NCBI GenBank assembly: GCA_945878025.1
Contig: CAMDXM010000001.1
Location: 2,109-66,108 of the forward strand
Length of the DNA: 64,000 bases
From: Pseudorhodoplanes sinuspersici
GTDB taxonomy: Bacteria > Pseudomonadota > Alphaproteobacteria > Rhizobiales > Xanthobacteraceae
Direction of reading: 5' to 3'
Shown here: piece by piece, positions 39,337 through 48,659 of the stretch
How positions within the stretch are numbered: the stretch's first letter is position 1
Layout of the letters: the number at the start of each line of letters is the position of its first letter
Translations under genes and position numbers: made by a program
The notes under the pieces: generated by a model
Databases searched by the model: none
What the model saw: only the letters and a program-made list of their open reading frames with translations
What the model was told of the DNA's origin: nothing

Positions 39337-40836
39337 TCAAATCTTCTGATTGTATTCGCCGACTTCGGGATGCGTGCGAAGGACGCCGTCCACGGCCTCG
39401 AACATCTGCCGCATGCGCGCTTCCGATTGCGGGCTCTCGACCACAACCACCAGCTCCGGCTTGTTCGACGAGGCGCGCACGAGGCCCCAGGTGCCGTCCT
39501 CGACCGTCACGCGCACGCCGTTGACCGTGACGAGATCGCGGATCTTCTGGCCGGCGACCTTGTCGCCTTTCTTCTGCGCATCCTGGAAATGCGCGATGAC
39601 CTGATCGACGATGCCGTATTTCTTTTCGTCATCGCAATGCGGCGACATGGTCGGCGAGGACCAGGTCTTCGGCAGCGCATTCTTCAGGTCCGCCATGCTC
39701 TTGCCGGGAGAGCGGTCGAGCATGTCGCAAACCGCGAGCGCGGAAATCAAGCCGTCGTCGTAGCCGCGGCCGAACGGCTTGTTGAAGAAAAAGTGCCCGG
39801 ACTTCTCGAAGCCGACCAGCGCGCCAGCCTCGTTCACCCGCCGCTTCATGTAGGAATGGCCGGTCTTCCAGTATTCGGTCTTGGCTTTGTTCTTTTGCAG
39901 CACCGGATCGGTGGCAAAAAGGCCGGTCGATTTCACATCCACGATGAAGGTGGCTCCCGGATGCAAGGCGGAAATATCGCGCGCCAGCATCACGCCGACC
40001 TTGTCGGCGAAAATCTCCTCGCCCTCGTTATCGACAACGCCGCAGCGGTCGCCATCGCCGTCGAACCCAAAGCCCACATCCGCGCCGGAGCCGATCACCG
40101 CGTCGCGCATGGCGTGCAGCATCTTCATGTCTTCCGGATTGGGATTGTATTTCGGAAACGTATGATCGAGTTCGCAATCGAGCGGGACCACCTCGCAGCC
40201 GATCGCTTCCAGCACCTTCGGCGCAAACGCGCCCGCCGTGCCGTTGCCGCAGGCCGCCACCACTTTCAGCTTGCGCTTGAGCTTCGGGCGCTTGGTCAGG
40301 TCGGCGATATAGCGTTCGGGGAAATTCTCGACGAATTCGTAAGCGCCGCCGCCTTTGAGATCGAACTGCGCGTTGAGCACGATGTCTTTCAGCTTGCCCA
40401 TTTCATCGGGCCCGAAGGTGAGCGGGCGGTTCGCGCCCATCTTGACGCCGGTCCAGCCGTTGTCGTTATGCGAGGCCGTGACCATTGCGACGCAAGGCAC
40501 GTCCAGATCGAACTGCGCGAAATACGCCATCGGCGAAAGCGCAAGGCCGATGTCGTAAACCTTGCATCCCGCGGCCAGCAGCCCGGACACCAGCGACATT
40601 TTCACGGATGCCGAATAGCCGCGGAAGTCATGCGCGGTGACGATATGCGGCTTCACACCCATCTGGTGAATCAAGGTGCCGAGCCCCATGCCCAGCGCCT
40701 GCACGCCCATCAGGTTGATTTCCTTGCCGAGCAGCCAGCGCGCGTCGTATTCGCGAAAGCCCGTGGGCTTCACCATCGGTCCGGATTCGTACTCGTAGGT
40801 GTTGGGACGCAAGACAGGCTTAGGCCGGGGAAACAT
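39337..40836 (-). CDS. Phosphomannomutase/phosphoglucomutase
   Basis: FREYDAR, TASHN phosphoserine loop, DGDGDR, EKSGHFF. Confidence 0.95.
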   Translation of the reverse strand: MFPRPKPVLRPNTYEYESGPMVKPTGFREYDARWLLGKEINLMGVQALGMGLGTLIHQMGVKPHIVTAHDFRGYSASVKMSLVSGLLAAGCKVYDIGLALSPMAYFAQFDLDVPCVAMVTASHNDNGWTGVKMGANRPLTFGPDEMGKLKDIVLNAQFDLKGGGAYEFVENFPERYIADLTKRPKLKRKLKVVAACGNGTAGAFAPKVLEAIGCEVVPLDCELDHTFPKYNPNPEDMKMLHAMRDAVIGSGADVGFGFDGDGDRCGVVDNEGEEIFADKVGVMLARDISALHPGATFIVDVKSTGLFATDPVLQKNKAKTEYWKTGHSYMKRRVNEAGALVGFEKSGHFFFNKPFGRGYDDGLISALAVCDMLDRSPGKSMADLKNALPKTWSSPTMSPHCDDEKKYGIVDQVIAHFQDAQKKGDKVAGQKIRDLVTVNGVRVTVEDGTWGLVRASSNKPELVVVVESPQSEARMRQMFEAVDGVLRTHPEVGEYNQKI

Positions 40837-40939
40837 TCAGGAACCTCAAAAAATGACAGTGCGCCGCCAAATGGCGGCACAGCAATAGCGTAAAAGCGCA
40901 ATCAGCCAAACGAGAATACGCCTCGCCAGTTCTTTGTTG

Positions 40940-41012
40940 GTCGCGCAATCCGACGGCAAACCGGTGTCCATCCCGGATCAAGTCCGGGACAAGCTTTTGC
41001 CGGATTGCGCTC
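40940..41012. repeat. Palindromic repeat family E, copy 2
   Basis: GTCGCGCAATC...CATCCCGGATCAAGTCCGGGACAAGCTTT..CCGGATTGCGCTC, near-identical to 27741-27813. Confidence 0.85.
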
Positions 41013-41066
41013 CGGACCAGGTGCTAAAGCCCGATCATGGAGAAATAACGGCTATTGCAGTGGAGG

Positions 41067-41603
41067 TTATTGCTCGAGGACGAGCTTGCCGCCGGCATAT
41101 TCGAAGCGGCGCAGCTTGGTCAGGAACGACAATCCGAGCAGGTTCTCGGAGAGCGCGGAGTCGGGCACGACCAGCGCCCGCACGTCGCGGACGACAAGCC
41201 CGCCGACTTCCACCATCGACAGGTTGGTGGCCGCGGCGCGCACATTGCCGTTGGCGGTGCGGACGCTGACGTTGAATTCGCTTGCGGAGGGATGGATGCC
41301 GAGCCGCTTCGCATCGCTGGCCGTCAGCGCGATGGTGGAGGCGCCGGTATCGACCATGAAGCCGATGCGCCGTCCATCGACGCGGGCATCGACCTGAAAA
41401 TGGCCGCGCCCGTCGCGCTGGATCGTGACGGTCCGATAATTGGAAGACGGCGCCGGAGCGGCAGGCGCCGCGACGGCGGACGAGGCGATTTCGGTCGCGG
41501 GAGCGCGCCCGGCCTTGTCGGCAATGCGCGTGAGCAAACCGGCAAAGGCGAGAGCGAGGGCCGCGAAAACTGCAAAATACCGCATCGGAAAAATCCGCCG
41601 CAA
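41067..41603 (-). CDS. Clan AA (retropepsin-like) aspartic protease, TIGR02281-like
   Basis: GHF.V.A.V.G, FMVDTGAS, LLGLSFL; N-terminal membrane anchor. Confidence 0.9.
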   Translation of the reverse strand: MRRIFPMRYFAVFAALALAFAGLLTRIADKAGRAPATEIASSAVAAPAAPAPSSNYRTVTIQRDGRGHFQVDARVDGRRIGFMVDTGASTIALTASDAKRLGIHPSASEFNVSVRTANGNVRAAATNLSMVEVGGLVVRDVRALVVPDSALSENLLGLSFLTKLRRFEYAGGKLVLEQ

Positions 41604-41740
41604 ACGTGACGATCCGCCCCGATCACATCATTCTTCCGCAAAGGCCGCATTAACACGCTGGGCGCGACATCGGCCTTTCGCCGGAGACGGTATCTCCACA
41701 ATCACCGGGATCGTTAAAATTTGAACGATTCTTTCCGGGT

Positions 41741-42574
41741 TCAGCGGATCATCCGGCTTTCGACCACCCAAATCTCGAAGAATTTGGTCAGTACGCGGGC
41801 CAATGAACTCGCGGCCGCGGCAGCGGCGCGCATCCGGCTCTCCTGCGTCAAGGCTTCCATCCGCAGGCCTGCGGCAAGGTTGGTGACCATGCCGAGCGCC
41901 AGAACGCGAAGGCCGAAGCGCCGCGCAAGGATGGTCTCCGGCACGATCGCCATGCCGACCACATGCGCGCCGAGCGCCTGCGCGGCGCGGATCTCGGCGG
42001 CGGTTTCGAAACTCGGTCCCGGCAGCCACATATAGACGGCTTCATGAATCTTCCGGCCGAGCTGGCCGCAGGCGATCGCGAACCGCTCCTGCAAATGCCG
42101 GTCATAAGCGCCGGCCATGTCGACGAAGCGGTCGCGCCCGCGTTCCCCGATCAGCGGATTCAATCCGGTGAGGTTGATGTGATCGGTGATGGTCACAAGC
42201 GTGCCCGGATTGATATCGGTGCGCACCGAGCCGGCGGCGCTGGTCAGCACCACGCATTTTGCGCCGAGCAGCGACAGCATTTCGAGCGGCACGCGCATGG
42301 CGTTGATGTCGCCCGCGTCATTGTAGTTGGCGCGGCCGCGAAAAATCGCGATCCGCGCCGTGCCGAGCAGGCCGATCACCAACACCGGCTGCTCTTCGCT
42401 CGCGGGCCGGGCAAAGCCCGGCAACTGGTCGTAAGGAATGACGATAGCCTGGCCGACCTGGTCGGCGATGCCCGCAAGCCCGGTGCCGAGAACGAGGCCG
42501 ACATCGATCCGCGCGTCGCCGATTTGCGAACGCACCAATTCGGCGCATTTTTCCGCGTCGCTTTGCACGCCCAA
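41741..42574 (-). CDS. Purine nucleoside phosphorylase I homologue (PNP/XapA type) with altered phosphate site
   Basis: VLGTGL, LT.AAGS, DHINL.G.NPL, GPSFET.AE, VGM..VPE, TN. Confidence 0.85.
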   Translation of the reverse strand: MGVQSDAEKCAELVRSQIGDARIDVGLVLGTGLAGIADQVGQAIVIPYDQLPGFARPASEEQPVLVIGLLGTARIAIFRGRANYNDAGDINAMRVPLEMLSLLGAKCVVLTSAAGSVRTDINPGTLVTITDHINLTGLNPLIGERGRDRFVDMAGAYDRHLQERFAIACGQLGRKIHEAVYMWLPGPSFETAAEIRAAQALGAHVVGMAIVPETILARRFGLRVLALGMVTNLAAGLRMEALTQESRMRAAAAAASSLARVLTKFFEIWVVESRMIR

Positions 42575-42644
42575 TGTCCCCTGACAGGCGAATCACCGAC
42601 GGATCATAGCCGCAGAGAGTCCTTCTCGCGACAGACGCTTTAGT

Positions 42645-43862
42645 TCAGTGCGACGCGTTCGCGGATGGCTCGCCCACCAGGTCGCGCCATCGTTGCGGCT
42701 GCGATGTGAGCCAGACCAGCCAGACATAAATCAGCGTCACGACGAAAGGCTTGGTCACGCGATCGACCGGAAAGCTGACGGAGAAACCCAGCACCAGCAC
42801 GGCGGCGATCAGCAGCCAGCCGCGGATATCCTGCGCATTGCGTCCGAACAGGGCGAAGGCAAGCGCGGTCAGGCCCGGGGTCAGGACAAAGAACGAGAGA
42901 TATTCGTTGCGCGGGCCGAACAGCGTGATGTAGCAGCCGCTCAGGATCAGGATCGCGAGCGGAAAAATCGTCCGGCCCTCGATCTTCGAAATCCGCCAGG
43001 CCAGCGCGAGCGTGCCGAACGCGGCGGCGAAGCGGATCGCGGTCGCGACATTCGGCGGCACGACGATGCGGAAGGTGTCGAGCATGGTCTGGAAATCGGC
43101 CTGATAGGGCCAGTCCGTCGGCATGACGTGCGCCATGAAGGAAAGCTTGAGCATCCAGGCTCTGTATTGCTCGGCCATGTAGGACCATTCGACCACCGCG
43201 AATGGCAAAAGAAATCCGGCGATCAACGCGCCGATCAAAGGCAAGCGCATGCGCGGCTGCACCGCCCCGCACAGAAGCAGCATGACGATGGCGAGCGGCT
43301 TCATCACCGCGGCAAGGAAAATCCAGAGCGACGCGAGATGCCAGCGGCCGCGCATCATCGCCGCCGCGGCGAGGATCATGCCGGAGGTCATCAGGATTTG
43401 CGCCTGGATGTATTTGAAATTGAACCATGCGGCGGGAATGTTAATGAGCAGCAAGATACCCGCAGCCGTCACCGCGCTGACCGAGCGCTTCCGCGGCAGC
43501 AGCGCATCGAGCAGTTTCACGCAGGCGAAGGTGAATACGCCCATCGCCAGCGTGATCATGATCCAGCCGGCGACGACCGGATCGAGCCGCAAGACCGGGA
43601 TGTAAATCAGCAGCGACGACGGCCAGTAATTGAACCCGTCAAGCGTGGTCGCGTCATAGAGCGGCTGCCGGGACCAGAGCCTGTTCGCAAAATCGAGATA
43701 GACGCTAAAGGTGGAACCGAAACGCTTCGGCCCGGTCTGCACCAGGATGGAGATGCAGAACACGATCCACGCCGCCCAGCCGACCCACGGATTCTTCGCG
43801 AACCACACCGCGATTTCGGAGGATCGCTTCGCAAAGGATGCGGCGACAGGATTATTCGGCAT
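42645..43862 (-). CDS. Polytopic membrane glycosyltransferase, GT87/DUF2029-like
   Basis: About 10 TM helices, PLYD...GFNY.P motif, K-P in TM, typical GT-C topology; start uncertain (43862/43940/43958). Confidence 0.7.
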   Translation of the reverse strand: MPNNPVAASFAKRSSEIAVWFAKNPWVGWAAWIVFCISILVQTGPKRFGSTFSVYLDFANRLWSRQPLYDATTLDGFNYWPSSLLIYIPVLRLDPVVAGWIMITLAMGVFTFACVKLLDALLPRKRSVSAVTAAGILLLINIPAAWFNFKYIQAQILMTSGMILAAAAMMRGRWHLASLWIFLAAVMKPLAIVMLLLCGAVQPRMRLPLIGALIAGFLLPFAVVEWSYMAEQYRAWMLKLSFMAHVMPTDWPYQADFQTMLDTFRIVVPPNVATAIRFAAAFGTLALAWRISKIEGRTIFPLAILILSGCYITLFGPRNEYLSFFVLTPGLTALAFALFGRNAQDIRGWLLIAAVLVLGFSVSFPVDRVTKPFVVTLIYVWLVWLTSQPQRWRDLVGEPSANASH

Positions 43863-43984
43863 TGGGGCCCCCGGTTCCGGCGCGCACCATAATCGGATTT
43901 TCCGGCTGGCGAAACGGCTCAATGAAATGCCGCGTTTCATGCCGATCCAAATTTTCAAACAGCCAAGTCTGCGACCGGCAAGCC

Positions 43985-44380
43985 TCGTCCGGTCTCGCGG
44001 GCGGTTTCCCGCCGGAGTTTTCCGGTCGCTTCTTCAGATTTGCGCTCCCTCAAAGAGGGAGCGGAGCGCCGTAACGGCGCGTATTCATCAATCGCGTGCT
44101 CCTGCGACAGAGCACGTGCCAGCCTTGCGATCGGCCAGCTCGCCTTACGGCGCTCCACTGCGGCGTTTGACGAACCTTGGTGCCCCACTTCCTTTGGTCC
44201 CGCCGGCGGCTTTCGCCGCTTGCAGGAAGGTGTAAGGGACATTGACCCTAGGCTTCATAATGAGCCCGGAGGCTGCCCTCCAAGGTCGCCCGGGAGTGTG
44301 ATTGCGAGTCACACGCGCGGGCGCCGCTCCCCATCCGCGCTCAGTTTCGCTCTGCAGAGCGCCCCTCAGCGAATGGGGAT
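43985..44380 (-). ncRNA. Candidate large structured RNA (unassigned family) or long 5' leader of the GT87 gene
   Basis: Multiple nested helices, GNRA loops and GU pairs favouring the minus strand, promoter at its 5' end; see findings. Confidence 0.55.
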
Positions 44381-44387
44381 GATTCGT

Positions 44388-44416
44388 AATATATACTGAA
44401 AGTAAAATTCAATCAA
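44388..44416 (-). promoter_or_regulatory. Putative sigma70 promoter driving the structured RNA
   Basis: (C)TTGATT-17nt-TATATT in an AT-rich patch; predicted start near 44380. Confidence 0.6.
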
Positions 44417-44450
44417 GAGATATTTAACGGTGGAGGCGCGAATTCTTCAC

Positions 44451-44497
44451 CTGTCATTCCGGGGCGCGGGCATTAGCCCGCGAGCCCGGAATGACAG
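44451..44497. repeat. Palindromic repeat family D, short copy
   Basis: 13-bp perfect IR CTGTCATTCCGGG/CCCGGAATGACAG. Confidence 0.85.
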
Positions 44498-44524
44498 TGA
44501 GAAAGGCGTCGATCGCCCGCCACA

Positions 44525-44549
44525 CGCAAGTCGGCCAGGCCGACTTGCG
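44525..44549. repeat. Single hairpin of repeat family B
   Basis: CGCAAGTCGGC-cag-GCCGACTTGCG. Confidence 0.7.
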
Positions 44550-44578
44550 CAGTCAAAATTGCGACGACATTTGAAATC

Positions 44579-47059
44579 CTATTGCCCGCGTGGCTTGACG
44601 CGCCGCGTCGGCATGGCCGAGGCGGGATCGTCCGGCCAGGGATGGCGCGGATAACGGCCCTTCATTTCCGATTTCACCGCCTGCCAGGAGCCGCCCCAGA
44701 AGCCCGGCAGATCGCGCGTCACCTGCACCGGCCGTTGCGCGGGCGACAGCAATTCGATCACCAGCGGCACGCGCCCGCCGGCGATGGACGGATGATGGCC
44801 GAGGCCAAACAATTCCTGCACACGAATGGAAATCGTCGGCCCCGCTTCGGCCGCGTAGTCGATCGCAGCCTGCGTACCCGTCGGCGCCTGGAAATGGGAG
44901 GGGGCTTCCTCGTCGAGACGGCGGCGCAGATTCCACGGCAACAGATTTGTGACCGCATTCCAGAGATCGTCCGCCGCGATGCCGGACAAAGCGGTCTTTC
45001 CATCGCATAAAGGCGTCAGCCATTCCTCCGGCCGTTCCGCAAGCGCGGCATCCGAAAGATCCGGCCATTCCTCGCCCTCGGCATTGCGCAAAAACATTTC
45101 ACGTTCGCGCCATTGCGACAGCGCCTTGGTCCAGGGCAAACGCGAAAGACCGAGCTTCACCACGCCCTCAGCCAGAATGCGCGCGGTTGACTCGTCCGGC
45201 TTCACCGCCACGATCTGCTCGGAGAGCGCGATCGCGTCGAGCCTGCGCGCCTTGCGCGCGCGCAACGACGCGCTCGCCGGATCGAAATTGACCTCGTCGC
45301 GGCTTTCGATCTCGTTCGCAAAGCGCTGCTCGATCTCGCTCACGGCAATCGGCGCGGCCAACAGAATGCGGCTTTGCGCGGCGGTGCCGGTCAGTTCGGC
45401 GACAACGATGAAGGGTTCGCGTGCGAGCGCCAAGGCCGGATCGATCTGCGCGCCGCGGCCGTTGGCGAGCTGAAATCCACCCGTCCCGCCGCCGCGATTG
45501 CGCGCAACGCGGTCGGGATAGGCGAGCGCCAATATGGCGCCGACCGACGGTCCGTCAGCGCTGTCTTTCTTGCCGCCGGCCTCTTCTGCTTCTTGCGCCC
45601 AGCGTTTCGCCATGCGTCGCGCGTCTTCGGCGCGGCCGGAGCGCTCGCGGCGGAATTGATCGAGGCGATGGGTCAAATCCACGTCGGTGCCGCCCAGGCC
45701 CCGTTCGCTCAGGATCGCCGCCATGTCGGCGGCGATGTTTCCCGCGCCCTCGCGTCCGGCATCCACGATCATACGGGCGAGGCGCGGTTGCAGCGGCAGC
45801 GCGCGCAGCTTGCGGCCCTCCTCGGTGATACGGCCATCGGCGTCGAGCGCGCTCAACGTTCGCAGCAGCGATTTCGCCTCGGTGAATGCCCCCTGTGGCG
45901 GGGGATCGAGAAACGAGAGCTTGGCCGGATCGTTCACGCCCCATTGCGCCAGATCGAGCGCGAAGGACGAAAGGTCGGCGGCGAGGATTTCCGGGCGCGC
46001 GAAGGGCTCAAGGCTCGCTGTTTCCGGCTCGTCCCAAAGCCGATAGCAAAAGCCAGGCTCGGTGCGACCCGCGCGTCCACGCCGCTGGTCGGCGGAGGCG
46101 CGCGAAACGCGCACGGTTTCAAGCCGCGTCAGCCCGACATCCGGCTCATAACGCGGCACGCGCGCGAGCCCGCAATCGATCACAATACGAACGCCCTCGA
46201 TGGTGAGCGAGGTTTCCGCGATGGAGGTTGCCAGCACGATCTTGCGTGTGCCCGGCCGCGCGGGCGAAATGGCGCGATCCTGCACGCTGGCGTCGAGCGC
46301 GCCGTAGAGCGAAACGATATCGACGGATTTGTCCTCGATGCGCTGTCTCAGCATTGTCTCGGTTCGCCGGATTTCGCCCGCGCCCGGAAGGAACACCAGC
46401 AGCGATCCGCCTTGCGCACGCAGCGCGCGCACAACGGCATCCGCGACCTGACGTTCTATTTGCGCGCGCGGATCGCGGCCGAGATAACTGGTTTCAACCG
46501 GAAAGGCGCGGCCTTCGCTTTCGATCACCGGAGCACCGCCCAGGAGCTTCGCCACGCGCGCGCCGTCGAGCGTCGCCGACATGACCAGAATTTTCAGATC
46601 CTCGCGCAAGCCCTGCTGCGCGTCGCGGGCAAGCGCCAGGCCGAGATCGGCATCGAGCGAGCGTTCATGGAATTCATCGAACAGCACGGCAGCAATGCCG
46701 GACAATTCCGGATCGCCGAGAATGAGGCGGGTGAAAATGCCTTCGGTCACGACTTCGATGCGGGTCGCACGCGATACCTTGGAACCAAAGCGCACACGCA
46801 AGCCCACGGTCTCGCCGACCTTCTCGCCTAAGGTCGCAGCCATGCGTTCGGCGGCGGCGCGCGCTGCGAGCCGGCGTGGCTCCAGCACGATGATTTTTTT
46901 GCCTTTGGTCCAAGTTTCTTGCGCAAGCACCAGCGGCACGCGCGTGGTCTTGCCCGCGCCCGGCGGCGCCACCAGCACGGCGGCATTCTGCTTGGCGAGC
47001 GCGCCGGTCAGTCGCGGCAGAACGGCGTCGATCGGAAGGGATGTGTCGAAGGTCGGCAT
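44579..47059 (-). CDS. hrpB: ATP-dependent RNA helicase HrpB
   Basis: APPGAGKTT, EPRRLAA, DEFHERS, MSATL, ATSIAETSLTI, QR.GRAGR, RYPRHPWP. Confidence 0.97.
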   Translation of the reverse strand: MPTFDTSLPIDAVLPRLTGALAKQNAAVLVAPPGAGKTTRVPLVLAQETWTKGKKIIVLEPRRLAARAAAERMAATLGEKVGETVGLRVRFGSKVSRATRIEVVTEGIFTRLILGDPELSGIAAVLFDEFHERSLDADLGLALARDAQQGLREDLKILVMSATLDGARVAKLLGGAPVIESEGRAFPVETSYLGRDPRAQIERQVADAVVRALRAQGGSLLVFLPGAGEIRRTETMLRQRIEDKSVDIVSLYGALDASVQDRAISPARPGTRKIVLATSIAETSLTIEGVRIVIDCGLARVPRYEPDVGLTRLETVRVSRASADQRRGRAGRTEPGFCYRLWDEPETASLEPFARPEILAADLSSFALDLAQWGVNDPAKLSFLDPPPQGAFTEAKSLLRTLSALDADGRITEEGRKLRALPLQPRLARMIVDAGREGAGNIAADMAAILSERGLGGTDVDLTHRLDQFRRERSGRAEDARRMAKRWAQEAEEAGGKKDSADGPSVGAILALAYPDRVARNRGGGTGGFQLANGRGAQIDPALALAREPFIVVAELTGTAAQSRILLAAPIAVSEIEQRFANEIESRDEVNFDPASASLRARKARRLDAIALSEQIVAVKPDESTARILAEGVVKLGLSRLPWTKALSQWREREMFLRNAEGEEWPDLSDAALAERPEEWLTPLCDGKTALSGIAADDLWNAVTNLLPWNLRRRLDEEAPSHFQAPTGTQAAIDYAAEAGPTISIRVQELFGLGHHPSIAGGRVPLVIELLSPAQRPVQVTRDLPGFWGGSWQAVKSEMKGRYPRHPWPDDPASAMPTRRVKPRGQ

Positions 47060-47083
47060 CAGGACTCGTTACCGGAAGTCAGT

Positions 47084-47248
47084 TCCGACCTCATCCTGAG
47101 GAGCGACCCACGCAAGTCGGGTTTACCCGATTTGCGCATATTGATTGCTGATCTCGGGCAAGCCCGAGATCAGTGGGTCGCGTCTCGTAGGATGAGGTCG
47201 GCCTCATCCTTCGAGACGCATTGCTTTGCAATGCTCCTCTGGATGAGG
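47084..47248. repeat. Palindromic repeat family A, copy 2, with a nested family B element (47107-47177)
   Basis: Same termini as 57211-57313; first loop replaced by a double hairpin. Confidence 0.9.
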
Positions 47249-47298
47249 GGCGAAGGGCTGCGCGTGCTTCAAAGAGTTCAATGTTAGCGACGCTCGCC

Positions 47299-47323
47299 AC
47301 CCTCTCCCTCAAGGGGAGAGGGT
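47299..47323. repeat. Hairpin of repeat family F
   Basis: ACCCTCTCCC-tcaag-GGGAGAGGGT; resembles the terminal hairpins of the polA insert. Confidence 0.7.
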
Positions 47324-47354
47324 AAACGTCCACGTTGCTCAAGGGCAGTATGTC

Positions 47355-48659
47355 TCATCCGCGTCCGACGCCGGTATAGGAAAATCCGTAACGCGCGACT
47401 TCGTCGGCGCTGTAAACGTTGCGCAGATCGACCACCACCTTCTGCGCCATGATCTCGCCAAGCTTGCGGAAATCGAGCGCGCGGAACTGTTCCCATTCGG
47501 TCACGATCACAAGCGCATCGGCCTTCTCCGCGCAAACATAAGCGTCCGCGCAATAGGCCACATCTTTCAGTTCGCCCTTCGCCTGCTCCATGCCGACCGG
47601 ATCGAACGCGCGCACCTTCGCGCCCATGTCCTGCAACGCCGTGATCAGCGGGATCGACGGCGCCTCGCGCATGTCGTCGGTATTCGGCTTGAAGGTCAGG
47701 CCCAGCACCGCGATGGTCTTGCCGCGCAGATTGCCGCCGAGCGCGGTGGAGACTTTTCGCGCCATCGCGCGCTTGCGCGCGTCGTTGACGGCGGCGACCG
47801 TCTCCACGATGCGGATCGGCGCTTCGTGATCCTGTCCGGTCTTGATCAGCGCCAGCGTGTCCTTCGGAAAGCACGAGCCGCCGTAACCCGGACCGGCATG
47901 CAGAAATTTCGACCCGATGCGGTTGTCGAGCCCGATGCCGCGCGCGATCTCCTGCACGTCGGCCCCCACTTTTTCGGCAAGGTCGGCGATCTCGTTGATG
48001 AACGTGATCTTGGTCGCAAGAAAAGCGTTCGCCGCATATTTGATGAGCTCGGCGGTGCGCCGCCCGGTCATCATGATCGGCGAGGCGTTGAGATAAAGCG
48101 GGCGGTAGATTTCCTCCATCACCTCGCGCGCACGCGCATCCTCGGTGCCGACCACAATGCGGTCGGGATGCTTGAAGTCGCGGATCGCGGCGCCTTCGCG
48201 CAGGAATTCCGGATTGGAGACGACGGCGAATTGCGCATCGCCCCGCGTCTCGCGGATGATGCGCTCGACCTCGTCGCAGGTTCCGACCGGCACGGTCGAT
48301 TTCGTCACAACAACTGTGAAATGCATCAGCGCCTTCGCGATCTCGCGGGCGGCGTCATAGACGTAGCTGAGATCGGCATGGCCATCGCCGCGGCGCGACG
48401 GCGTACCGACCGCGATGAACACGGCGTCGGCTTCGCCCACCGCGCTCTTCAGATCGGTGGTGAAAGACAATCGTCCCTGCGCGGCATTGCGCGCGACCAG
48501 CTCCGGAAGGCCGGGCTCGTAGATCGGCATCTCGCCCTTGCTCAGGCTCGCGATTTTCTTTGCGTCCTTGTCGACGCACACCACGCGATGGCCGAAATCG
48601 GCAAAACAGGCCCCCGACACGAGACCGACATAGCCTGAACCGATCATCGCGACGCGCAT
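47355..48659 (-). CDS. ugd: UDP-glucose 6-dehydrogenase
   Basis: GSGYVG, AVGTP, KSTVP, SNPEFLREG, GYGGSCFPKD, FKPNTDDMRE. Confidence 0.97.
   Translation of the reverse strand: MRVAMIGSGYVGLVSGACFADFGHRVVCVDKDAKKIASLSKGEMPIYEPGLPELVARNAAQGRLSFTTDLKSAVGEADAVFIAVGTPSRRGDGHADLSYVYDAAREIAKALMHFTVVVTKSTVPVGTCDEVERIIRETRGDAQFAVVSNPEFLREGAAIRDFKHPDRIVVGTEDARAREVMEEIYRPLYLNASPIMMTGRRTAELIKYAANAFLATKITFINEIADLAEKVGADVQEIARGIGLDNRIGSKFLHAGPGYGGSCFPKDTLALIKTGQDHEAPIRIVETVAAVNDARKRAMARKVSTALGGNLRGKTIAVLGLTFKPNTDDMREAPSIPLITALQDMGAKVRAFDPVGMEQAKGELKDVAYCADAYVCAEKADALVIVTEWEQFRALDFRKLGEIMAQKVVVDLRNVYSADEVARYGFSYTGVGRG

Noticed and set aside
41067-41603. Retropepsin-like protease as a sign of a retroelement
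   Set aside because: Stand-alone clan AA proteases are ordinary alphaproteobacterial genes; no reverse transcriptase or integrase is nearby
43955-44399. ORFs 43955-44242 (-) and 44040-44399 (+) across the structured element
   Set aside because: No recognisable protein features; the dense base-pairing and strand-biased tetraloops point to RNA or DNA structure instead
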